64,000 bases of DNA, from assembly GCA_016212475.1 (NCBI GenBank), contig JACRGC010000001.1, forward strand, positions 9,862 to 73,861, written 5' to 3'. Shown in pieces: positions 1 through 9,455 of the stretch. This stretch comes from Candidatus Micrarchaeota archaeon. GTDB lineage: Archaea; Micrarchaeota; Micrarchaeia; Norongarragalinales; SBBD01. The first letter of the stretch is position 1, and each line of letters begins with the position of its first letter. Below the pieces are notes generated by a model. It did not search any database and was not told the DNA's origin. It saw nothing but the letters and a program-made list of their open reading frames with translations. The translations under genes were made by a program, and so were the position numbers.

Positions 1-63
1 TAAAGAAAGTATTAGGGGGCTAAAGTTACGAATCTTAGCTACGCCCTTGAACTTGGAATTTTT

Positions 64-537
64 ATGCAATCACTTCCCGATGCGGGTATAACCAAAGTTG
101 TTGGCCTAATCGAAGTCCTCCACGACCATGGCAGCGAGGACGAAACCGTTAAACTGGCCGAATATTTGCAGCTAGACCTTGACGCCCTCCTTCCGGTTGT
201 GGAAGCTGGCGAAATGCTTGGGATGATAACGGTTTCCGGCGGGAAAATCAAGCTAACCGAAACTGGTTCGAGCCTTATTGGCAATAAGATATCGGACCGC
301 AAGGCAACCATTGGGAAAAAGGTGGCATTGCTCGAGCCATTTAAAAAACTCCTAGAAATCCTAAAAACCAAAAAAAACGGAAGGATACAAAAAAAGGCGC
401 TCCAAAAAATACTTAGGCAAGACCTTCCAAGGGAATCCGCCGACAAGACACTCTCAAAGCTAATAGAGTGGGGCAGGCACGTTGACCTGATTGGCTACGA
501 GTCGGATTCGGAAGAGCTGTATTTGGCAAATCCCTAA
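64..537 (+). CDS. Stand-alone AAA-associated domain protein (like the C-terminal domain of NitT/TauT ABC ATPases)
   Basis: LAEYLQLDLDALLPVVEAGEMLG and LIEWGRHVDLIGYE patterns typical of this domain. Confidence 0.65.
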   Translation: MQSLPDAGITKVVGLIEVLHDHGSEDETVKLAEYLQLDLDALLPVVEAGEMLGMITVSGGKIKLTETGSSLIGNKISDRKATIGKKVALLEPFKKLLEILKTKKNGRIQKKALQKILRQDLPRESADKTLSKLIEWGRHVDLIGYESDSEELYLANP

Positions 538-720
538 ATATTGATATTAGCCTCTTGCGCGCGCTGGAATGCGCGAAATTATAACCGGCAATCGATTTCA
601 AATGCAAATTACCCCCTCTTTTCTGACAGTACTTGCCCAAATCCAAAAAACCAGCTGGTTTTTTCAAAGATAACGCTTAAATTGCCAAGCCGCTAAATAA
701 TTCCGCTTTGGTGAAAAATT

Positions 721-1188
721 ATGGAAAAAACTTTGATACTTTTAAAGCCGGATTGCGTTTCTAGGGATCTTGCCGGATCGGTAATTTCAAGATTTGAAAA
801 AAAAGGCCTAAAAATTGTTGGCCTAAAAATGCTTCAATTGAACGATTCGCTTCTTGATGAGCACTACTCCCACCTCAAAGGCAAGCCATTTTTTGCGGGA
901 ATAAAAAAATTCATGAAATCTGCCCCAATCATTGCAATTGCCCTTGAAGGGCTCGAATGCGTTGAGGTTGCAAGGGCAATGTGCGGGCCTACAAATGCAA
1001 GAAAAGCTGCGCCCGGAACAATCAGGGGCGATTATTCCTTATCCGTCCAAAGCAATATTTTGCACGCATCCGACAGTTTGGAATCCGCCCAAAAGGAGCT
1101 CAAGAGGTTTTTTTCCAAATCCGAGCTTTTCAGCTATGAAAAGGCAAGTTTTGCATCAATTTATTCTGAAGATGAAAAAAAGGGATGA
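721..1188 (+). CDS. ndk: Nucleoside diphosphate kinase
   Basis: EKTLILLKPD, APGTIRGDY, NILHASDS (phospho-His motif); GGTGA RBS upstream. Confidence 0.97.
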   Translation: MEKTLILLKPDCVSRDLAGSVISRFEKKGLKIVGLKMLQLNDSLLDEHYSHLKGKPFFAGIKKFMKSAPIIAIALEGLECVEVARAMCGPTNARKAAPGTIRGDYSLSVQSNILHASDSLESAQKELKRFFSKSELFSYEKASFASIYSEDEKKG

Positions 1189-1192
1189 ATGG

Positions 1193-2638
1193 ATGCTAAC
1201 CGATTCCTTGCTATCCCAGATCTGGAGCAAAAAAACCAAAAACGCCGCAAAAATCCCAATATCCTCCCTCAAATCCCGGAAAGTTTTTTCGGGCTTCAAT
1301 GCCATAACCGATGCGGTTGTAAAATTCAGCAGCTCCGATTTTGAATCCGAGCTCAAAAACTGCAATGCGATCAAACTCCAATCCTTGATGCATAAGGGCA
1401 AAGCTCTTGCATCGATCGAAACCAAGGAGGAATTCTTTTTTGCATTCATCCAAATGTTTTCGAAAGGAAAAGCGCTCGAGCTTCCAAGCAGCAATGAAAA
1501 GCTTTTTTCATATTTCAAGCTAAAATTCAAGGAAAAGCTCCGAATGGGCGGCCAGGCGGGCATCATTGCAAACCAGCTTGCAAGGCTTGGCCTCAATTCC
1601 GTATGCTACGCCCCCCTCATTTCAAGGCAGCAGGCAAGATTATTCCTTCCGGGCGTATTTTTCCCCTTCCTGCAATACGGCAATTTAGCCTACAAAAAGC
1701 CAATTGCCTGCATTAGGGATTTGGATGATACAAAGACAAATTGGATTTTTGAATTTGGCAAGGGCGATAAGCTTAAGTTCAATGGAAAAACAATAATCTG
1801 CCCAAGATCCAACCGCTTAATAGTTGCCTCGCGGCCTAAAGCGTACCTTCCCTTGTTTGAAGATGCCCTATTGTCCTACCTTCCAAGCATTTCCTCCTCC
1901 TTCAATTTATATTTCCTTGCGGGTTTTTCATCCTTCCAAATTACAATGCAAGGCAGGCACTTTAGGCATTATCTCCATAAATTGCTTTGGCAAATCACGC
2001 AGCTGAAAAAAAATAAAAATGCAAAATTGCACCTGGAATACGTTGCAATCCATAATCCCGAACTCGAATCAGCAATTTACCCATCCCTCCTTCCTTTATT
2101 CGACAGCTTTGGCATTAATGAAGTCGAGACAATGCATTTCCTAAAAATGACCGGCGATAATTACTTATCAAAGCAGATAGGGCGCCACGAATCGCCGATG
2201 AATTTTTACCTTGGAATAAGGCGGATTTTTCACAAATTCAAATTGAACCGGCTCCACGCCCATACGCTCGGATATTTCTTCTTGCTCTTAAGGAAGGAAT
2301 ATGTAGGACTCAAAAGCCCAAATGATTTTGTCAGCTCATTGCTTTTTGCATCAAGGGTTGCTGATGCGCGGGCTTCCCTTGGAGTTGCGGCATCAATTCA
2401 CGATGTTTTGAAATTTGGGGATTTGAAAATGTCAAAAATCGGAATAGATGCAATGAATAGCTTTGCAAATGAATTCATAAAATCAAAGCCCCAAAGGCAA
2501 AAATTCCTTCTAAATGGCTATTTTGAAATCGACGACCATTTTGTCATAATGGTCCCAACATCAATTGTTCGGGCAAAATCAACTGTTGGGCTTGGGGATA
2601 CGATCAGCTCAATTGCGTTTGCAAGCGAACCGCTTTGA
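1193..2638 (+). CDS. pfkC: ADP-dependent glucokinase/phosphofructokinase
   Basis: GFNAITDA, RMGGQAGIIAN, PRSNRLI, SFGINEVE, C-terminal STVGLGDTIS; start moved to ATG 1193. Confidence 0.9.
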   Translation: MLTDSLLSQIWSKKTKNAAKIPISSLKSRKVFSGFNAITDAVVKFSSSDFESELKNCNAIKLQSLMHKGKALASIETKEEFFFAFIQMFSKGKALELPSSNEKLFSYFKLKFKEKLRMGGQAGIIANQLARLGLNSVCYAPLISRQQARLFLPGVFFPFLQYGNLAYKKPIACIRDLDDTKTNWIFEFGKGDKLKFNGKTIICPRSNRLIVASRPKAYLPLFEDALLSYLPSISSSFNLYFLAGFSSFQITMQGRHFRHYLHKLLWQITQLKKNKNAKLHLEYVAIHNPELESAIYPSLLPLFDSFGINEVETMHFLKMTGDNYLSKQIGRHESPMNFYLGIRRIFHKFKLNRLHAHTLGYFFLLLRKEYVGLKSPNDFVSSLLFASRVADARASLGVAASIHDVLKFGDLKMSKIGIDAMNSFANEFIKSKPQRQKFLLNGYFEIDDHFVIMVPTSIVRAKSTVGLGDTISSIAFASEPL

Positions 2639-2734
2639 TTTTGAATAGCCTTGCCCGAATAATCAATTGGACTTTGCGAAATTCCCAATCATTTTTTCAA
2701 TAAACCAACTTCAATTGCCACTCCATTTTTCCGT

Positions 2735-3802
2735 TCAATTCCCAGCAGAATTGATTGCAAGGCAGCCTTTTTTCAGGAACAAATCGTTCACATTTACGCA
2801 AGCGGTATAGTTGCCGGTAGAAACTGCAACATCATACAAGCACTGGTCGCGCACAATCCCAAACGTTACGATTTCATAGCAAAGCGTCTGGTTGGAATCC
2901 TTTGCCGCAATGAACCTAAAGCAATCCTCCCTTGTGGAATTTGCCAAAATCCTATAGCAAAGCGCTTGATTGCTGTTTGCCTTTGCAATTTGCCAATAGC
3001 ACTGATCCTTTATTGTCTGATTCGATTCAATCCTTGCGCAAACACTTGCCTGCTCCCTTGCAATGGCAACTGTTAGGAAGCACGAATTCATCAAATAATT
3101 ATCGCCAGTAATTTTTGAGCAAAGATTTTCGTTGCTGTTCCTAATCCCCAGCTCGAAATTGCACTTGTTCTCAAGCGGGGAATCTATCCCATCGCAATCA
3201 GGCGGCCTGTTAAGTGAAATCGCATTCAAATAAAGGCAATCCTCCCTGCCCCCAATGCCTGCAATTTCAAGGCATATGCTTGAATTGCCGCTTGCCTTTG
3301 CAACTTCCCTAGCGCAAGCATCCCTAGACGCTTTGTTTTCGACCCTTTGGCAAGCAACCGTGCTGTTGGCTTTTTTGGCTATTCCCATGAAGCATTCATC
3401 AATTTGGGCCCTTTCCAAATTATAGCAATTGAAAATATTTCCCTCAATCCCTTCAATTGCAGAATGGCATTTGCCCCTGCTAGTCAAAGACACTTTGTCG
3501 CAAAGGGAAAGCTTCCTTGTGCTGTTTGCAATTTCAATTAGGCATCTGTCCTTGAATGGCAAATCCAGTTTGTTGCACCCAATTTCATCGCGGATTTCAA
3601 CTGCCTTATCAAACAGGCAATCCTTCACAAACTGGTCCTCCAAAAGATTGCAAAAAGAATACGCATCCGATGCATTTGCAGCAGGGGCGGATGCATTTTT
3701 TCCAATGGTCTTATTTTTTGCGGGTTCGTTATTTGCTGTGCAGCCAAGCATTAGGAGCGCAATCAAAACCACAATTCCGGCCCTTTGCATTTTGAAAACC
3801 AT
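2735..3802 (-). CDS. Secreted/lipoprotein-like Cys-rich tandem repeat protein
   Basis: Signal ending LLMLGC; about 11 repeats of ~25 aa, C-x2-I-x5/6-D-x-C-x3-A. Confidence 0.75.
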   Translation of the reverse strand: MVFKMQRAGIVVLIALLMLGCTANNEPAKNKTIGKNASAPAANASDAYSFCNLLEDQFVKDCLFDKAVEIRDEIGCNKLDLPFKDRCLIEIANSTRKLSLCDKVSLTSRGKCHSAIEGIEGNIFNCYNLERAQIDECFMGIAKKANSTVACQRVENKASRDACAREVAKASGNSSICLEIAGIGGREDCLYLNAISLNRPPDCDGIDSPLENKCNFELGIRNSNENLCSKITGDNYLMNSCFLTVAIAREQASVCARIESNQTIKDQCYWQIAKANSNQALCYRILANSTREDCFRFIAAKDSNQTLCYEIVTFGIVRDQCLYDVAVSTGNYTACVNVNDLFLKKGCLAINSAGN

Positions 3803-3805
3803 TTT

Positions 3806-4156
3806 TTATAGGAGTTTTAGCTTCCCTGTTATCGGATCCAGTTTCTTTTCATCATCAGGGCCAAGCGCAATTGCAGTCATGCTTCCCGCATCAATTTGCG
3901 TGTGCCCGGCGTCCCGAATCACAACGGAAACTATTTTCCTTTTTTTTGCTTCCAGATAAATTTCCCTAAGCTCCTTTTCCCCCTTGACCTTAAGGACGAC
4001 TTTTTTTTGGCCTTCCCTCCACCACTCCTGCGCTTTTTCGGGGTTGGCAACTGCCGATTCAATGTATCCTTCAACGGATGCGTGCGAGGCTTGCGCTGCA
4101 ATTTTGCCCTTCCCCATTTCCAAATCCGTCCGGATCACAATTGCCTGCTTTAGCAT
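3806..4156 (-). CDS. pth2: Peptidyl-tRNA hydrolase Pth2
   Basis: KQAIVIRTDLEMGKGKIAAQASHA, DAGHTQI, ITGKLKLL. Confidence 0.96.
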   Translation of the reverse strand: MLKQAIVIRTDLEMGKGKIAAQASHASVEGYIESAVANPEKAQEWWREGQKKVVLKVKGEKELREIYLEAKKRKIVSVVIRDAGHTQIDAGSMTAIALGPDDEKKLDPITGKLKLL

Positions 4157-4174
4157 ATGCCTTTCACCTTCAAT

Positions 4175-4930
4175 TCACGAATTGATGTATTTTAACGCTT
4201 CCTCAAAATCCATTTTTGCTCCGTTCTTTTCAAAAAATTTGAGCACATTCAAAAGATCGCGCCTAAGGAACTCCTCGGATTGGGGATGGTGCAAAAGAAC
4301 CGCCTGCCCAACATCAATGATGTATGGCATTCCCTTATGCATTATCACGTTGAATTCGCTCAAATCCACGTGCACGATTTTTGCCCGGTGCATCCTTTGC
4401 ATGTTCTCCAAAACCTGACCTAGGATTTTTTTTGGGGAATCCATTTGCGCGTTTTTAAGAAGGCCCGACGGAACTCCGTTTTCGCCTAAAAATTCCATGA
4501 CAACAACATTATCCCTATGCTTGATTGGCCTTGGAACCCTAACCCCCGCTTCATGGCAGATCTTAAGGTTTGCAAACTCCTTTTTTGCAAAAATCTTGAC
4601 CATGTGGCGCTTGCCCCTTGGCCTATCGAACCTCTTATCCCCTTCCAGATACTGCAATTTTTTCTGGAACGATGGGCCTTCCAATTTGAATATCTTGACT
4701 GCAACAAATTCCTCCCTCCCATCATGATTTGCAGTTCCCCTATAAACCGCAGCTTCCTTCCCGTGCTGGATTGGATAATCCAGGGATGAAAAAATTTCGT
4801 TGTTCATCAGGTATTTGAGCGTCTTGATTGTATTGTCATCAAATGCCCTTTCCGAAAATTTGAGCTGATGCTCCTTGATCATCTTATCCGATCTTTCCGG
4901 CCGCTTCCTTGTGCTAAGTTTCATTGCCAT
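4175..4930 (-). CDS. rio1: RIO1-family serine kinase
   Basis: GKEAAVY, AVKIF, KEFANL, VHVDLSEFNV, IIDVGQAV. Confidence 0.92.
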   Translation of the reverse strand: MAMKLSTRKRPERSDKMIKEHQLKFSERAFDDNTIKTLKYLMNNEIFSSLDYPIQHGKEAAVYRGTANHDGREEFVAVKIFKLEGPSFQKKLQYLEGDKRFDRPRGKRHMVKIFAKKEFANLKICHEAGVRVPRPIKHRDNVVVMEFLGENGVPSGLLKNAQMDSPKKILGQVLENMQRMHRAKIVHVDLSEFNVIMHKGMPYIIDVGQAVLLHHPQSEEFLRRDLLNVLKFFEKNGAKMDFEEALKYINS

Positions 4931-5023
4931 AAATCCAATTTCCCCAAATTAATCCAAAATTGCAACTTTCATTCCAATCATTATGCTTTTTGCAGCTCTT
5001 AAATTGCTCCTCCTATCTGAAAT

Positions 5024-5875
5024 TCACTTTCCGAGCGCAATTTTTGAATAAATCCTTTGCATCTCAAGGGCGTCGTTTTCAATTTCGGGGCTTTCCGAAA
5101 TGATTGTCCCGGAGCAGTTTTTTTCAATCAATGCGCCTGCAAGCAAGTTGAAATCGGGCGATTTTGATGAGATTGGCAGATGCCTTCTCTCGCCCTTTTC
5201 CGTATATTCGATTCCCTCAAAATGTATGTGCATGGCTTGGAGGTATTTTTTGCCAAACCCTTCAATTTCGTAAATCTTATCCAAAAAATCCGCCTTTGTT
5301 TTCAATTTCCCATTTTCCCTTGCATGCAAATGCCCAAAATCCACGCATGGGTTGACTTTTTCCATCCCGAATTCATTTGCAACCGAAAAATTCTCCTCGA
5401 TTGTCCCAAATTGCGCAATTTTTCCCATGCATTCGGGCGCAAGCACAACTCCTTCGATTTTACTATTCTTCATCTCATCCAAAATCATCCCGACCTGCTC
5501 GATCATGTTCCCAATTGCAAGTTTCCTATCCGTTTTCCCATAGAACGCCGGATGGAATACGATTCTTTTGGCGCTTGCAATCCCTCCAATCCGCGCGCTT
5601 TCAAATATTCGAACCCGGCTGGCATCTCGTTTTTCCTTTTCTTCCGAAAGTAAATTGATGTAATATGGGGCGTGCACGGAAATTGCAATATTTTGCTTCC
5701 TTGCAACTTCCCCAACCCTTGCAGCAGTATCCTCCTTCATCCTAACTCCCTGGACGAATCCCATTTCAAGCGCGCCAAGCCCAATATCCCTTGCGCATTC
5801 AATTCCCTCAATCGTATCTCCCTTGCACCTAAGCGGAATTCCCGAAGGCCCAAAAATAAATCCCATAACGCTCAC
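5024..5875 (-). CDS. nfo: Endonuclease IV-like TIM-barrel AP endonuclease
   Basis: SVHAPYYINL, FHPAFY, ECMGKIAQFG, CVDFGHLHAR, GERRH, IISESP. Confidence 0.88.
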   Translation of the reverse strand: MSVMGFIFGPSGIPLRCKGDTIEGIECARDIGLGALEMGFVQGVRMKEDTAARVGEVARKQNIAISVHAPYYINLLSEEKEKRDASRVRIFESARIGGIASAKRIVFHPAFYGKTDRKLAIGNMIEQVGMILDEMKNSKIEGVVLAPECMGKIAQFGTIEENFSVANEFGMEKVNPCVDFGHLHARENGKLKTKADFLDKIYEIEGFGKKYLQAMHIHFEGIEYTEKGERRHLPISSKSPDFNLLAGALIEKNCSGTIISESPEIENDALEMQRIYSKIALGK

Positions 5876-5982
5876 ATCATTGTTAATTTGCAGAAGTTAA
5901 TCAATCTAGCGCATCCTAGCCAATAATGCCCTAAAACGAAAGGATATATAATTTTTCCTCGTAGTTTATATCAGGTGTGAAC

Positions 5983-6651
5983 ATGCCCCAAATTACTTAC
6001 CTTGGACATTCGGCATTTGTTGTCGAATTCAAAAAAAAGACAATCCTATTTGACCCGTGGCTTTCCATGGACAATAGCAGGATAGTGCCTCCCGCATACG
6101 ATGCTTCCCACGTTAGGGCCTCCGATGTGCTATTCCTCTCGCACGAGCATGGCGATCATTTCAACGCCCAGGATGTCAAGCGAATTTACGAGCGAACCTT
6201 TACCCACGTTGTTGCCCCCGAATCGGTTTTTGAGCAGATTTCAATTCCCGAAAACAGGAAAGTGGTCGCATATGTTGGCGATGAATTCAACTACCAAGGG
6301 CTTGATGTCAAAGTGATGGAGGCTAGGCATCCGCAGTCGCAAAACCCCGTTGGCTACACGGTTTCGGACGGATCAGAAAGCGTCTATTTTGCCGGCGATA
6401 CCTACGATTTCCATGGGCTAAGCCAAGCTAAAGCGGATGTTTGCATGCTTCCAATCGGCGGAACCTACACAATGGATGTGATTGGGGCGCTTTCGGCAAT
6501 CAAAAAAATTAGGGCAAGCCATTTCATCCCAATGCACTACAATACTTTCCAAAATATCCGTGTCGACACATACGATTTTGAGCGCAAGGCAAAAAAGGAA
6601 ACCAAATCCCAAATCCATGTTTTGCCGGTTGGACATTCAGTTCAAGTATAG
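5983..6651 (+). CDS. Metallo-beta-lactamase-fold hydrolase (UPF0173-like)
   Basis: YLGHSAF, FDPW, SHEHGDH, YFAGDT, LPIGGTYTM, PMHYNTF. Confidence 0.88.
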   Translation: MPQITYLGHSAFVVEFKKKTILFDPWLSMDNSRIVPPAYDASHVRASDVLFLSHEHGDHFNAQDVKRIYERTFTHVVAPESVFEQISIPENRKVVAYVGDEFNYQGLDVKVMEARHPQSQNPVGYTVSDGSESVYFAGDTYDFHGLSQAKADVCMLPIGGTYTMDVIGALSAIKKIRASHFIPMHYNTFQNIRVDTYDFERKAKKETKSQIHVLPVGHSVQV

Positions 6652-6698
6652 CGGATCTATCCGAAAAACCGTGCAATTCTTTTTCCAATCCCTGCCCA

Positions 6699-6821
6699 TT
6701 ATTTCCTATACTCCCAAACCTCCTTCTTCTTTTTCTTCAAATCCGGAAAACTCAAAAACCAGATGATTACAACAATTCCAATGGCAATCATTACGATAGT
6801 TTTTGAGTCAGGCAAATCCAT
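6699..6821 (-). CDS. Small single-pass membrane protein (40 aa), below the ORF-track cutoff
   Basis: Hand translation MDLPDSKTIVMIAIGIVVIIWFLSFPDLKKKKKEVWEYRK*; one hydrophobic helix and a basic tail; fills an otherwise empty gap. Confidence 0.5.
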   Translation of the reverse strand: MDLPDSKTIVMIAIGIVVIIWFLSFPDLKKKKKEVWEYRK

Positions 6822-6916
6822 TTTGCATCCCATTCAATTTATTCCAAGAATCCATCCAATTTCCATCAATGCCTATTCCGAGTAATTATTTAAACCCTGC
6901 TTGCTTTCTATATCTT

Positions 6917-8041
6917 ATGCCAACTAGCCCCTCGAAAATCAGCCCGTCAAAATCCGAGCCGCAAAAAGCGCTTCCGCCCTACAAAGGCCCAATCCCAAAT
7001 TGGCTTTTGATCAGCTTTGTTGCAATTGTTGCTGTAATTTTCGTGCTTGTTTACATCCAATCAAAAACCCCTTCCCAGATAAAGCCAATTCCCCAGCCAA
7101 CACTTGAACCAACTATAAAACCAACCCAAACCTTAACCCCAACCCCTTCGGAAATTCCCCTAGCAACAATTGCCCCAATTGAATATTCGGGCTGCAGCCA
7201 ACTTGCCAAAAGCATAACCCTCAAAAACGACCTGGAAACAAAAAGCTCCTGCTTTACAGTGCTCAAGGAAGGCATTACAATTGATTGCAACGGCTTTAGA
7301 ATAATTGGCAAAGGAACCCAGAATTCAACTGCAATCTATTCCGAATTCCCAAAAACCACAGTCAAGAATTGCCAAATCAGCAATTTTGAAATCGGAATTC
7401 GTCTGCGGAATTCGCAAGGTAACGTAATGGATTCAAACACTTTCTCAAACAACTTTGGCGGCGCCCTCATTGAGGATTCATCGGAAAATTCAATTACAAA
7501 CAACCAATTCTTCAACCATTCGCAAGTCGCCCTCTTCCTTGGAGAAGTCACAAACAGCAAGGTGGATGGGAATTTCTTTGATAATGGCAACAAATATGGG
7601 CTTCAATTAGTAACTTCGCACGACAATGAAGTTTCCAACAATCAGATTTACCGGTTCAATTTCGGCTTCCAGCTAACCAAATCCCGGGGCAATTCCATCA
7701 AGTTCAACAATGTAAGCTTCAATTCCGCAGGGATAAAGTTAACCGATAGGTCATCGGGAAACAAATTCACATCAAATTACATCTCATCAAACAAGCAGAT
7801 GGGCCTTCACGTCCTTGATTTTTCCCAGGGCAATATATTCGAGAAGAATACGATTGTCCTAAACGAATATGGCGCAAACATCAGGGATTCGAACGACATA
7901 TTTTTCAACAACAATTATGCCTGCAGCAACACAATTGAGGATGTGGAATGCAGTTTTGCCTCCCTTAATGCCACTGGCAACATCTGCACTCTTCGGGCAA
8001 CCACCTGCGGATTTGACTGCATACAAAAATGCACTAAATAA
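6917..8041 (+). CDS. Membrane-anchored right-handed beta-helix (NosD/CASH-like) protein
   Basis: N-terminal TM, Pro/Thr linker, ITIDCNG, repeated Asn-rich beta-helix units. Confidence 0.8.
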   Translation: MPTSPSKISPSKSEPQKALPPYKGPIPNWLLISFVAIVAVIFVLVYIQSKTPSQIKPIPQPTLEPTIKPTQTLTPTPSEIPLATIAPIEYSGCSQLAKSITLKNDLETKSSCFTVLKEGITIDCNGFRIIGKGTQNSTAIYSEFPKTTVKNCQISNFEIGIRLRNSQGNVMDSNTFSNNFGGALIEDSSENSITNNQFFNHSQVALFLGEVTNSKVDGNFFDNGNKYGLQLVTSHDNEVSNNQIYRFNFGFQLTKSRGNSIKFNNVSFNSAGIKLTDRSSGNKFTSNYISSNKQMGLHVLDFSQGNIFEKNTIVLNEYGANIRDSNDIFFNNNYACSNTIEDVECSFASLNATGNICTLRATTCGFDCIQKCTK

Positions 8042-8119
8042 GCGAATTCAAGGTTCAAATTAAGCATATTAAATCTAAACTTTGCCCGCTGCTAATTTTT
8101 TTAGTTTTCAATTGGCAAA

Positions 8120-8818
8120 TTACCTAAGGGATTCCCAAAGCAGCTCCTCCCTTGAATTGACTTCGATTCCCCTATCCGAAATTTCAAACGGATGCACCGC
8201 CTTATCGTTTGCTGTCCCCCTCATTTTCCGGACAAATATTGATCTGTGCGGAGGGAAAAAATACATCATGATTACCCCATCGGTTAGGAATTCCTCAACG
8301 CCAAACCTTGATAGCTCGTCTTTTTTCCCGGAAGTTTCGCATGTCAGTATTGTTGTCACATCCATTTTCCTTAGCTCCTCAATTAGGTAATACATTGCAA
8401 GCCGGATTTTGGTCACATCCCCAAGCCAAAGAGAAAAAGCGGTTATGGAATCAATCACAAGCCTTTTTGCGCCCATCTCCTTTGCCTTCTCAAGTATGCG
8501 CTTTGTTTGCCCTTCAATATCATCCTTCATTGCAATTGATGGCTCGAACTTGTAGATTTTTAGCATGTTCTCCTTTTCAAGGGGGAGAAGATCCCATTTG
8601 AATCGCTGCATGTTCCACCATAAATTGTGCGCGCCCTCCTCAAGTGTTATGTACGCGCCTTTTTCACCGTAAAGCTTTGCGCCATTGTATAGGAATTGCA
8701 TGCAAAGGATGCTCTTCCCGCAGCCCGGCCCTCCGGATACGAGTATGCTCGAGCTTTCAGGGAATCCTCCTTCAATGAGATCATCTAGCCCGGGCACTCC
8801 GGATTTAATTCTATTCAT
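8120..8818 (-). CDS. KaiC-like / RAD55-family ATPase
   Basis: SGVPGLDDLIEGG, GGPGCGKS, YITLEE, RLVIDSIT, VRKMRGT. Confidence 0.9.
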   Translation of the reverse strand: MNRIKSGVPGLDDLIEGGFPESSSILVSGGPGCGKSILCMQFLYNGAKLYGEKGAYITLEEGAHNLWWNMQRFKWDLLPLEKENMLKIYKFEPSIAMKDDIEGQTKRILEKAKEMGAKRLVIDSITAFSLWLGDVTKIRLAMYYLIEELRKMDVTTILTCETSGKKDELSRFGVEEFLTDGVIMMYFFPPHRSIFVRKMRGTANDKAVHPFEISDRGIEVNSREELLWESLR

Positions 8819-8828
8819 AAAAAAATCA

Positions 8829-9332
8829 TCAAATACTTAATTTGCGAAATCTAAGGTTGGATACCATCAGGATGGTTGCCAATAATAGCGCGTAGGGCGC
8901 AAGCACGTGCGAGAAGTAAAACACAAACAGCACAAGAAAAGCAGCTGCGGGAATTGGAAGGCCAAAATACGCGTTCTTTTCCTTTTGTATATTAAACGCT
9001 GCCAATCGAATGAACCCTGCGCAAACGTAGCAGATTGCAAATACCAAGCTTAATGTGGCATAAGAATCAGAAAGCACAATTGCTGCTGGAGCCACTCCAA
9101 ATGAGACGATATCTGCAAGGGAATCGAGCTGTTTTCCAAATTCATTGCTCTTCCCAGTTTCCCTTGCCACTTTGCCATCGAGGTAATCAAAAACACCTGA
9201 AATTAATACAAATGCAATTGCCGCAATTGGGTTATTCGAAAGCGCGTAGTATATTGACAAGAATCCGGATGCGCCGTTTGCAAGCGTTAGGAAATCCTTT
9301 GCCTCGAGTGTTTCTATTGCATCGTGGATCAT
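8829..9332 (-). CDS. pssA: CDP-alcohol phosphatidyltransferase (archaetidylserine synthase-like)
   Basis: DYLDGKVAR-x5-EFGKQLDSLADIVSFGVAPA, RLAAFN, FGLPIPAA. Confidence 0.85.
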   Translation of the reverse strand: MIHDAIETLEAKDFLTLANGASGFLSIYYALSNNPIAAIAFVLISGVFDYLDGKVARETGKSNEFGKQLDSLADIVSFGVAPAAIVLSDSYATLSLVFAICYVCAGFIRLAAFNIQKEKNAYFGLPIPAAAFLVLFVFYFSHVLAPYALLLATILMVSNLRFRKLSI

Positions 9333-9397
9333 GCACTAATTTCTCAAACCCTGCTTAAAAAACTTCCCTTATGGCTTCTTCGAGGCATTTTCTAATA

Positions 9398-9405
9398 TTA
9401 TAAAG
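9398..9405 (+). promoter_or_regulatory. Putative archaeal TATA box for the intron-containing tRNA-Ile
   Basis: TTATAAAG about 22 nt before the GC-rich leader starting at ~9425-9427. Confidence 0.5.
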
Positions 9406-9455
9406 CTTTCTTGCAATAACAATTGCGGGCCTGCAGAAAATGAAAGTTCTGCAAA

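Noticed and set aside
932-1192. N-terminal extension of the ADP-dependent kinase overlapping ndk
   Set aside because: Open-frame artefact; ATG 1193 follows the ndk stop
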